Assembly (NCBI RefSeq): GCF_027921745.1
Contig: NC_079239.1
Location: forward strand, 2,728,001 to 2,792,000
Length of the DNA stretch: 64,000 bases
Direction: 5' to 3'
Source: Schizosaccharomyces osmophilus
Taxonomy: Eukaryota
Position numbers and translations under genes: made by a program. How positions within the stretch are numbered: position 1 is the first letter of the stretch; every line of letters begins with the position of its first letter. Under the pieces are notes generated by a model. That model did no database searches, had not been told where the DNA came from, and saw only the letters and a program-made list of their open reading frames with translations. Of the stretch, positions 1-10,400 are shown piece after piece.

Positions 1-1750
1 TCATGGATGACGAAGTGAACTAATATAGACAAATATAAACAAACATGAGGAAAAGAAGGGAAAAGAAAGAGGGTTTACTTTTTCTATCTTTTTTCATTTC
101 AAAAGCAATTTTTGTTTTTACCGTTTCGTTTCATCGTTTGTTCTCGGCTTTCTGGGAAACTTCAATTGCATTGCTTATGTCAACAAAAAAACAGCACCAC
201 ATCTGTTCATTACGTTGCCAGATGAATTTGCCAACAATTCGTTACAACGTCGAGGGGATAACGCTGGCAAATCTCGGAGAAAACAAACGCAAGAAGCGAT
301 TATATTCATAGGAAAGATTCCCATCTCGTTTGTGTTTATTTTCCTATGCTGTTTTTAAAGACAAAAGGCCATTCTTCTCCTTCATCTACCTTGAGAAACA
401 TCTTTTTCTCTCTCCTACATCCATAGTGGAATTGCAATTGCCTTTTCTTTTGCTATTGCTATTGTTATTCTTCATCGGAGTTCCAACCCGGTAAAGTCAC
501 GGACGTTTCGGTCATATTGATATCAGTTCTCCTCTTTTTTCGGAATTAAAACTTCCGTGTTATTTCAATTTCGGTGAAAATTTCTATGAAAACCGGATGC
601 AAGAAGTCACCGATGTTTCCGAATGTCCGGACATAGACACAGATACCCATAGCAAAGATAAACAAACATTCCTTGGTGGGGGTGGATCGGTGTTTGCAGT
701 ATGGATAGAAACTGATTCTAAATGGGGGCACGAGGAATGTTTCAGTACGGAGCTTTTTAAGGAGGAAGTGGGGTAGACTAGAGTGGGGGATAGAAGAAAA
801 CGAAATGGGTTCTACTTGGAAGGAAAGAAGGATGCAAATTTAAAAACTTCCAATAGAGCTTTTTCTTCGAAAACAAAAAAATAAAGCAAAGGAAAGAAAA
901 GAAAAGATAAAACAATTTTAGAATTTGACGAAAAAATTGCATCGTTTATACGAATGGTTCATATCTGCTAGCGTCCATTCCAACTATTGTTTTTGACAGC
1001 CATTCATGCAACTCCTAAAAGATGAAACTTTTCCAGCCATTGACGAATTATCTATCGAAAACGATTGATTTTGTTGTTATTGAAGAGGAAAAAGAAGTTC
1101 TGTCTATGAATCAATGCTTTTTCTAGTACCCTCAAAATACCCCACGGTTATATCAAGCGAATCCTAGCTAAATATGACAAAAAAAATGCTCAGAGACTTT
1201 GTTCCTGTATCCATAATAATTGTTCGATTTTGCAAAAAGAAGCGACAAATCTGAATCGACTTGACGCATCGCAAAAACGTTACCTTTCTTTTTTCTCGTA
1301 CACGCTGAATGCCTTGCAGTCACCCCTTCTCCGTGATCTCCTTTCAATTTGTAGTATGCAAGTTTGACGGCTTGGCTGATAAGTCTGTTCTCCTTGCAGG
1401 AATTCTCCATAAAAAGAATAGCATGCTGCTTTGGTAAAACCATGTCGATTTGTTTACACATACGTCATTTCTCTTTCCCAAAAAATATTGGTAAGCGATA
1501 CTTTATTCCTTTGATGCTGCAGAGTTCACCGAAAAGAAAAGCAAATTCGTTTGCTTTCATGCTACCATGGAATGTGGCATCTTCTTTTCAAATTATTCTA
1601 TTCCATTCTATTAGAAATATTTTCTAGCAGAAATCAGTACTTGAAGGATTGTTTGTTGTATTAAGCAGCTTACAAACGCCAAACTTGTCATTTGTGTCAA
1701 TCAGCAATATTCTGGTATAATATTACAAAAGGTTTTGTTGTCAATGTCAC

Positions 1751-2059
1751 TGTCAAGGCCGAGATATTGTATTATAATAATACAAGAGAGTTCGTATAAT
1801 CTTATTAGAAAAGGAACAACGTTACCTCGTAGAGGATATAAATATACCAAACTTGAAAAGTACGAATCTTCAGATAGGAAGATTCGACGGATCTGGCCTA
1901 ATAAAATTAGTGTCGTTTATTAAGCTAATCTAGTCAGTGGACTCTGAAAATACTTATAGTTAACTAAGTAGAGCCCAATTTATACAAATACAACTTTTAC
2001 AACCCTTAAATCATACACTCAGCACTATAATTATACAGCGTAAAATTTCAGCTGTGACA
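1751..2059 (+). mobile_element. Solo LTR of a Tf-like (Ty3/gypsy) retrotransposon, inner/younger copy
   Basis: 309 bp with TGTCA...TGACA termini. Perfect 5-bp direct repeat GTCAC at 1746-1750 and 2060-2064. TATAAATA near 1837. CCTTAAATCA near the 3' end resembles the Tf2 LTR U5 as recalled. Near-copy at 2069-2374. No internal gag/pol. Confidence 0.88.
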
Positions 2060-2068
2060 GTCACAGCC

Positions 2069-2374
2069 TGTCAAGGCCGAGATATGTATAATTATAATAC
2101 AAGAGAGTTCGTATAATCAGAAAAGGAACAATGTTACCTACTTCCGAAGATATAAACAACCAACTTGAGAAGTACGAATCTTCAGATAGGAAGATTCGAG
2201 GGATCTGGCCTAATAAATCTAGTGTCGTTTATTTAGCTAATCTAGTCAGTGGACTCTGAAAATACTTATAGTATAAACCAAGTAGATCCCAATGTATACA
2301 AATACAACTTTCTACAACCCTTAAATCATACACTCAGTATTATAATTACACAGCGTGAAATCCTAGATGTGACA
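2069..2374 (+). mobile_element. Second solo LTR of the same family (outer/older element, probably beginning at 1739)
   Basis: 306 bp, TGTCAAGGCC...TGTGACA, collinear with 1751-2059 with scattered substitutions and indels. The following TTTGT (2375-2379) matches TTTGT at 1734-1738, which precedes a TGTCAA stub at 1739. Confidence 0.85.
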
Positions 2375-2548
2375 TTTGTATAAGAAATCACAAATAAGAA
2401 AAGAAACGTACAACATATAATAAAGAACAAAGATTTACTTATTTCGCCGACTTGGAGAAACCATGCTAATACAATTCTTATGCGATATAGGAACATGGTA
2501 GGCTGCAATAAGTATTGGTGTTTCCAAAATGGCACGCAAAAATGGAAA

Positions 2549-3482
2549 TCAAACTTCACTTCTTACCCGAGCAAGAGCAAGAGCAAGAGCACAAAGTTCA
2601 ATTTCGTCGTTTTGAGCTATGTACGCTTAACAGGTCAAGTAAAAGATGATACAGGAGAAAACCTCTAAAAATGTGCGTACCACCAAAATCGCGTATACAG
2701 ATCCGAAAATACCTTATCTTCTACGAGGCAAGTCTGGGTTTCCTGAAACAATTAGAATGGTTTAAAGGTATATACAACATACGCGTCATCAAAAGTAGTC
2801 AAATAGAATCCTGCAATCCACTTCTTCTACACCAGCTTTTGAATTCCTCTTTTAGCTTATGTGAAACAATTGGAAAATTTAAATAACATCGCTAACCGTT
2901 AGTGAGTCTTACAAAATATAAATATCCTTGCCTTACCAAATACAAAGAATGTCAAGGATCCATCCCAAGTACAAAAAAGAATCCAGAGAATTTTCGTATC
3001 CACAGGAGCCTTGTAAACGAAAGCTGCAACCAAAAAAATAAAAAAAACTGTACTATACCCAATAAATAGTGCAACGATAAGACACAGCCAGAAATGGGAA
3101 CAGCACATATCTTCACTCAAGTGAACCAAGCGTGTCTTTCGGGGATTCATATTTGTTTTTTGATTGTTTCCTGCTGTATTTGGAGGATTCTTAGCTATTT
3201 TTTGGCCCATTTCCAAATCAACATGTTTGTATGGATCTAATAGACGTATTAGAAATGATTTTTTTGTTTTGTGAAAAGGGTATAGTTGATGGCCTCATCA
3301 ACCTAGATACGTTGTCATCCTCAAGTAATACGAGGCAACTGACATTACTTTCTATTTTAATGTTTCTTACCTGGGTACGGAGGTGCTATCCCATTTGAAG
3401 GAGGTCGACTCTCTGACTTTTCATCATTGAGCGTTTTGGAAGAGTCTTCCGAATTTGAAATAGGAGTGTATTCATTCTTCAT
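2549..3482 (-). pseudogene. wtf: wtf-family meiotic drive (poison/antidote) gene, pseudogenised; 4 exons
   Basis: Exons 3482-3371, 3236-2937, 2891-2783, 2742-2549, with GTAAGA/GTAAGG/GTATGT donors and CTAAT/CTAAC branch points. Spliced reading: MKNEYTPIS...APPYP-DPYKHVDLEMG...(TM segments)...RVRSEV*. The MKN.Y start, DLE.G motif, PY-like motif in exon 1, TM helices and SEV* end are wtf hallmarks. Lesions: one +1 frameshift (best placed at the T run 2874-2877) and stops at 2799-2801, 2714-2716 and 2627-2629. Confidence 0.8.
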
Positions 3483-3834
3483 CTTTACAATGGCAATTCA
3501 AAAAACAGAAAAGTATCAATAGTGACAAGTTGAACGAAAACAAATAAATTCACCAAAGAAAGTTTGCAGAAGCTGGTTCCACTTTGCAAGAAGCAGCCAA
3601 AAAAGAATGTGTGCTTAATTGAATCAAAAAGTTTTCAAAAGGAACTGACAGTTAAAACCAAAGATGCCTGCTTGAAAACTCTGGGTAGCGTTTTTTCTGC
3701 ATGTCTCTCATAAAGCAGTAATATTACATCAGTATATGTCAGCGCCCTCGTTACCATTAAATACGTAACAATTATATTCGCATATGAAAGTATTATCCAG
3801 GATTTATATACTTAAAGACTTCGTAGTGTAATAA

Positions 3835-3843
3835 GTAAACAAA
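3835..3843 (+). promoter_or_regulatory. FLEX/forkhead (Mei4-type) site GTAAACAAA about 350 bp upstream of the wtf ATG
   Basis: Exact GTAAACAAA motif; function inferred only from position. Confidence 0.3.
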
Positions 3844-4288
3844 GCACGCAACTTGCGATGAAAAGTCGAAAAAACTCGAATAAAAAGTAAAACATAAATA
3901 CAAAAGGAATAATAAGAGATCCACATTCGACCTTTTCTTTCTGGAACTTTTCAATTGATGGTTCAACAGTCCATTTCCTTTACAGATTCATGCAGCATTC
4001 ATGATACTTTTTACACATGAGTATAAAAATAGAATACAATCGAATTGTTGAATGTTTCCAGTCTTTCATCGAAAGCTTGCAGAAGCACATTCATTGCAAT
4101 TAACTATGGTTTTACGATTATTGAGAACATTATTAAGGTAGCTTCTGTTTTAGTAAATCAGACTTCGTATTGTTCTTTCTTCCTTACTTCACTTGCTATC
4201 TCATTCATATCATTTACATTAAATCATGTTTTAGGTAACGACACTACGAGCTTATAATAATTGACAGTCGGCGTATCATTAGCGTCTT

Positions 4289-7089
4289 CTAGTCATTTCT
4301 ATTTTTATTCTGTTTGGGATGAAAGTAACCATCCACCGAAACAGGTTTTATCTTAGATGCGAGAGTATGTAATTGTTGAGGAATCCTAATATAGTCATCT
4401 TTGGCAACATGATCCTCATGTTTTAGAGACTTAAATAACCATCCATAGTCTTCATTTTGATTCTGGTTAGCATTTAAAACCTCTTTCCTAGCTTTGTTTA
4501 AGTCCTGTTTAAATTTATTGATAATTTCCTGAAATTTCATGCGAATGGTCAATTCATTTTGTTTGAACATTTCTTCTAGTTGCTTCTTCTCGAGCTCGAT
4601 TTTCTTAAGGTGATCAGCATCACAGAAGCTTTTCTGACCAGCTTTTGCTTTGAATAATTCTTCCCGAAGGTCCTTCTCCAGAAGTTCATAACTATTGATC
4701 TTTTCTTTTAATACTTCTTTCTGCATTACCTGTTTATTCAGCCTTTCAACCTGAACCTTTAAATGATTAATCAGCTCATTTTTTTCTGAAAGTACTAGCT
4801 TGAGTGAGCTATTCCCTTTTGTATTTTCTGAAGGAGAAGGTAAAGCCTTAAGTACAACGTCCCAAAAATAATAAGGGTCAGTATCAAGAAAAACTGTATC
4901 ATCATTTTCAGAGATATAAGATTGAAACTCCTGTAAGCTTCCCTTAATTTTTTGGAAACTCTTCTTCCAATCATCTACTATTCGCAAATAAGTGATTTGA
5001 GTGTGCGGCTTCTGACTTCGAGACTTAAAAAACAATTCTCCTGCCAATAATGAATGATCCATTGATATTACCTTCTCATTTGGGAAAAACACCTTCCCAA
5101 TCTTACTTTTTTGGCGTAAAAATAAATGTATGTCTTCCGTTATAGCTCCTATCTCAGTCATTTCACTTGGTACACGGATCACATCATGATTCTGAGACTG
5201 ATCGGTGTTTGTGATAACCAAATTTATAAGAAACACGGAATTTAAAAGCTCTTTGCAGAGGCGGTACTCATTGTATGGGTCAAACTCACCTGCAATGACC
5301 CGTTCTTTTACCCAGTTTTCAATTTTGCTCCAACTGTTTTGAAGATTTTCTAATTTAGACTCGCCCGGATACTTAACATAAACATCAAGTAAACAGAAAA
5401 CGTTAACGATTGTATTTTTTAGTAGTGCATCGGAAGATAAAGCTTCAACTCCATTTTTACAAGTAAATCCAACTAACCATTTGCTCCATTGGGCGATTGA
5501 AATAGTATAGTACCATGGCTCAATAAAATCCAGAAGAAGTTGTCGACTATCACTTTTTGCACAGTCAATTTTATTGTAGATGCTTTCATTTAAAGACAAA
5601 GAAACATTCTGGATATAAAAAAGCATAAACGACACTTTTAAAGCGTTGCTAGATTCTTCGTCTAAATACATTTTCTCTAAAGTTTTGAATTTGAGCTCGT
5701 AACATTCTTGTGTCGCCTGTATTAGATTATGAAGACTCCTCAGTGTAAGTTCCGTAGTTGTACCTATCTCTGACACCTTTGAATCACAGCTAATATGTAA
5801 GAAAATCTTGTATACAAACGTGCTTTGACTTACCTTTGATGTTTTGCTTGCTCTTTTTGCAGTGTCTCTGTTTGCGTAGTTTCCACGTTAAAAGAAAAGG
5901 CATTCTCAAGAAATGTAAGGAGATCGCCTTTTTGCTGGTTCTCTTTTTCCAAAGAAACTATCTTGTCAAATTGATCTCGTTCAATCTCATCAGAAAGCTC
6001 TTTTAATAGTTGAAGATCTTCAATTTGAGTTTTCAACTCAAGGTTTTCCTTTCTTATTTCTTCAATGTAGCATATGTAATCTTCATCTCCGTGGTTTTTC
6101 CCTGCGCGTTCATAAGTCGCTAGAACATTCGCAGACTTTTCTGTAGTCAAATTTTTTATAACAAGCTCATTCGCATTAAAATTCTCACATTCCTTACATG
6201 GTGTCCCAATTCCATGACCTTGAGCATTACAACTTTTAAGTTGCTGCTTTAGTCTTTCGATTTCCTCCTGCATAGAAAGCATCTTTTTTTGAAGCTTTGG
6301 GCGTATATTTCTCCATGCCGAGTTGGTTTCTTTCTCCCTATTAAGTTCTTCTAGTTTCATACACCTTTCGTTTAATTGTTCATTAGCCTTGTTGTAGGAA
6401 GCTTTGTAATAATTCAAGCTGTTATCAGCTTCATTTAATTCTTTGCGCAAAGTTTCTATTTCAAGTTTTAGCTGAAACTTTGTGTTGCTTTCGATTATTG
6501 TATTTTTTTCTGACAATAAATGGGGAGCTGATGTGTGAGAATTAGTAAAATCAATGGATGCTCTTTTATCATTTTCAAAAATTTCGTTTATCGGAGTATT
6601 TTCTAACGAATCGCTCCCAATTGAAATCAGCGTTGTTTCGGAATCTTCTATTAGTTCAAGGAAAGGTGTAGAAACGTTTGAGTCTTCAGTTTTCGTGGGA
6701 GTGGACACACTCAAGCTTGGCCAGACAGATTTGTTTTTTTCATCCTTTCCTTGTGACCTAACTTTTTTAAGCTGGTTTTCCTTTGCCTTATAGGAAGGTT
6801 TTGTTGGAGTCTGCTTTTCCAATGGCTTTGCTTTCTTTGCATCAGATATTCCTCGACATTTGGCCGTTTGTTTTCTAACACTACTTGAACATGCTCTTAT
6901 AAATATGCCCTTTCCTTCTTCACACGTAAAATAACGTTTCCCTTGAACTGATCCATCATGTCGTCCAATTTTGTCAATCATTTCCACGCCGAGCCAGATT
7001 CCAGACGCGAAATTGGTACTTCCAGTAAAGCGAACAATTCCTGGCTCACCGTGTACTAAAACTAAATCCCCTACACTTACATAACTCAT
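4289..7089 (-). CDS. ssm4: Dynactin p150-Glued subunit (CAP-Gly + coiled coil), meiotic Ssm4
   Basis: N-terminal CAP-Gly (GIVRFTGSTNFASGIWLGVE...GRHDGSVQGKRYF). Two ORF-track entries are joined in frame by intron 5833-5790 (GTAAGT...TAG), giving about 918 aa from ATG 7089. Synteny with tpr1. Confidence 0.88.
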
Positions 7090-7150
7090 ATTTGAGGAAC
7101 TAAAACATATTGGGAGTAAACTGAGGCAGACATGAAACACTAACGATCGT

Positions 7151-7186
7151 TCGCGTCTACGCGTTAATGTCAGCGTCGTCGCGAAA
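7151..7186. promoter_or_regulatory. MCB-like cluster (TCGCGT 7151, ACGCGT 7159, CGCGAAA 7180) in the ssm4 promoter
   Basis: Three CGCG-core elements within 36 bp, 60-100 bp upstream of the ssm4 ATG, in AT-rich DNA. Confidence 0.6.
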
Positions 7187-7422
7187 GTAAACCAAAAATT
7201 AAAATGAAATTAAAAATAAAAAACTATTATATTTGAGCTTTGAACAAGCTTATTTTACAATTGCTTACTCTAACATCTTTATTTATTTCTCGATCATACT
7301 ATTAGGTATTAATCATTGTCTACGTCAAATCAAAGAGTAAGGTATTAAACGAATTCAAAAAAAGAAACAAACCAGTTACTACAAAACGTTGCAGTCTTTC
7401 TTTTTTTTTGGCAAAGAGGGAC

Positions 7423-7466
7423 ATTAACGATTGCGTTACGAAGAATTAACGATTGCGTTACGAAGA
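7423..7466. repeat. Perfect 22-bp tandem duplication spanning the tpr1 stop codon
   Basis: ATTAACGATTGCGTTACGAAGA at 7423-7444 and 7445-7466. Confidence 0.95.
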
Positions 7467-10400
7467 AGGGGAAGGCTCATTTTCTTCGTCGGAGAAAAGA
7501 TTATCAAGTCCTCCTTCATTTTTATTATTTAATTCATTTTCGCTTTTGTAATTGCCGTTAGCGGGTTCATTCACAGGAGAAGATGGAAATAGATTCTCAC
7601 CTTGACCTTCCGTAGAATCCGCAGGTTGCTGCTCATTGTCAGACTCGTCAAAGGCGTAATCTTCTGATATTACACGTTTGTTTTTACGACGTTTTTTAGA
7701 TAATTTGTTTCTGGCATCTGATAGAGGAATTTCATCATCATCAGTATCATCTTCATTGACAACATCGGCGTCTTTATCAGCTTTAGAGCTGGATTTACGT
7801 TTCCTTCTTTCGCCTTTTCTCTTTCTTCCAGAAGATTTATCTTCGGGATCGGAGGCAACACTAAGCTCTTCCTCGATTTGTTTCTCTTGATCCTTTCTCC
7901 ACTGTAATACCTCCTCTTGCATGCGTTTCCGTTCTTCATCAAGCTCACGTTCGCGTTCCTCTCGGGCTTTGCGCAAAGCGTCTTCTTCAGCTATTCTTCT
8001 GGCTTTTTCTTTTTCACGATTGAGCTTAGCTTCATCGAGCTTGGCAGTAACAGTAGCTTGATACTCAGATTGTTGTTGTAGTGCACGCTCCAGTCTCTTT
8101 CTGGTGGTGTTCGTAGCCATCTTTACACGCTGTTCGATATCTGTGGGTGGATAAGGAGGGTGTTTGCATGTCACCAATGAACTGAACGTCTTCACAGAGT
8201 CGTCCAATTCCTGAATAGCAAATTGTAAATCTTCCACGGTTCGTGCGTTTTCAGGCTGAGTGTATATCAGTTCAGAGAGTTGAAATTGAACGAATGCTAC
8301 GTTGAATTGCAGGCTCGTATTTTCTTGGTTCTTTTCTAAAGCCATTCTTGAGTACTTCAATGACTCTTTTAAGAAATCAGTCCGTTTTTCTTCACGACCT
8401 CGTTGCAACCAAACTCGGCCAAGGCAATTTAAAATTCCGTATACATCATCTTCACCTGCTATGGAAATAACAGTTTCAAAAATCTCCGTTGCCCGGCTAA
8501 ACTGCTTCAATTCGGCTAAGCAATTACCGATATTAATTAAAGTAGTAACATCTTTTATAGATTCACGAATTTTTCCTAGGATGAGCAAAGCTTTAGAAAA
8601 TTGCCTACTTTGAGCAAATGTAACGGCAATTCCTTGAGCAGCATGAGCGTTTTTGGGGTCAAATTTGATAGCTTGATCATAAGACTGGACGGCTTTGATG
8701 TAAAGCTTTTGATGCTTACTACGGTCTTTATCGTTCTGGACACGAATTTCTCGAGCTTGACGCATATAGGCATTACCAAGCTGAACAAGAGAATATATAT
8801 CATCGTGCCAATGTCGCAGAGTTTGTGAACAATGGCGAACCTCGGGATCCTCCGCAGGGCGACGCTTTTGTTTACTCAGATACCAGCCAAAGAACGCTCG
8901 TACTTCCAAATTGTCTGCATCGGTTGTCATTAGCTGTCGAATGGACTTAAAAGTTTCCTCCTGAGGATTAGCTAATTGCAACAAGCAAAGGCGCACACGA
9001 GCATCTGCAAAAGACGGCTGGAGATCTAAAAGCTTAGTATATATTTCAATGGATACTTCATTATTGCCAAGTTCTTCTTCGCAACGGGCAAGGTTGAAAT
9101 CAAGCACAAGTAAAATTTCAGGACCGATATCGAGATTTTCCTTTCTAGCCGCTGAGAAATAATCTTTGGCTTCCTGGAAGTTTCCAAGATGGTAGTTTAA
9201 AACTCCGATATTGTTAAGTAGTTCAGGATGAACAGTAATTTGAGCATTTTTTAAGAAGCCGTGGGCGCGTTGCAAAAAGCTCAAACTTTTCCTTGTATCC
9301 TCTTTTTCCCATAGTCTAGCTTGAGTAGTATACAAATCAGAATCAACAACTCTAGGTATCTTTGATGATCCGATTAAGTTAAATGCACGATCTAAAAGCA
9401 TCCGAGGTTTCGTAAAATCGGATTTTGACTCTGAGGCATAGAGACATCCCAAAATGATAAGTGCCTCTGCACATTTGGGATGTTGTTCAGAAATACGTTC
9501 AAAAGTCAATTTGGCACTGGTCAAATCATTTTGAAGAATTTGAATCTGGCCTATTCCTAAGAAGGATAAGAGATGACGATCCTCGACGGAACGGGCTCTT
9601 TGGTAACATGTCATCGCTTTTTCATAATTTTGCATTTGATGATAAGCTCTACCCATCCAAAAATAACCATCTGCCACAAGAGAAGGAGAGAAAGAATTTT
9701 GTACGACGGTGTTTGCAAGTTTAATGCAACCATCGAGACTACGTTTTGAATAAACATAATTAGCTAGAATGCAAGAAGCGACAGGGTCGCTTGGCATAGC
9801 TTTAAAGGCAGCTTGGGTATATTTTAAAGCTTCGCCATAATATTGTAAGAAACGATCAGAGTTGACGTTCTCAAAAGCAAGATCGTAGTAGTATAGGCCC
9901 AAGTAAGTATTTACAAAATGGTTTTGTTGATCTAGGTCTTTTGCTCGAGTCCAAGCACCGAAGGCATCCTCCTTCATATTCAAATTCCAAAAACAAAGAC
10001 CAATGCCAATCCGGGGATCGGGTTGAATTTGTGGACTGCTGACAAGAGCACGTTGGTAGAGCTTCAGGGCTCCTCGAAAATTTCCTCGGGAATATAAAAT
10101 ACGAGCTTTTCCAATTAATGCAAAGGCATTGCCTTCGGACCTTTGCAATACAAAATCAAAACAGCGAAGAGAATTTTCTAGGGAATCTTTATCAAGGGGG
10201 TTCAACAGAATTCGATAAATTCCATGAAGCAAAACATTTGCCTCTAATTTGGGGTTCAAACGATTGGCAGCTTCCAGATATGTCCGCACATTCTGCAAAT
10301 GTTGGTCACGAGCAACATTATCCTTCTTCCAATTCGCATGTCTCACCAAATGCATATAAACAGAGCAGATATTCGCGTTTAATAGACATTGACTGTCAGC

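Noticed and set aside
45..1627. Short ORFs (45-311, 546-731, 1168-1461, 1364-1627)
   Set aside because: Low-complexity, no motifs; consistent with promoter or intergenic DNA
2445..2506. TTGGAGAAACCATG...GGTAGGCT, faintly like the 3' half of 5S rRNA, beside the wtf relic
   Set aside because: Only two short patches match, spacing is wrong and the rest of 5S is absent
3237..3370. FLEX site for a poison promoter in wtf intron 1
   Set aside because: No GTAAACA on either strand; only a degenerate CAAAACAAAA
5868..5930. Possible extra GC-AG intron in ssm4
   Set aside because: Donor GCGATC is non-consensus and the frame is open without splicing
4289..7089. Mmi1 DSR hexamers (UNAAAC) in ssm4
   Set aside because: Only about five found by eye (4507, 4561, 6354, 6370, 6676), not clearly above chance in AT-rich DNA
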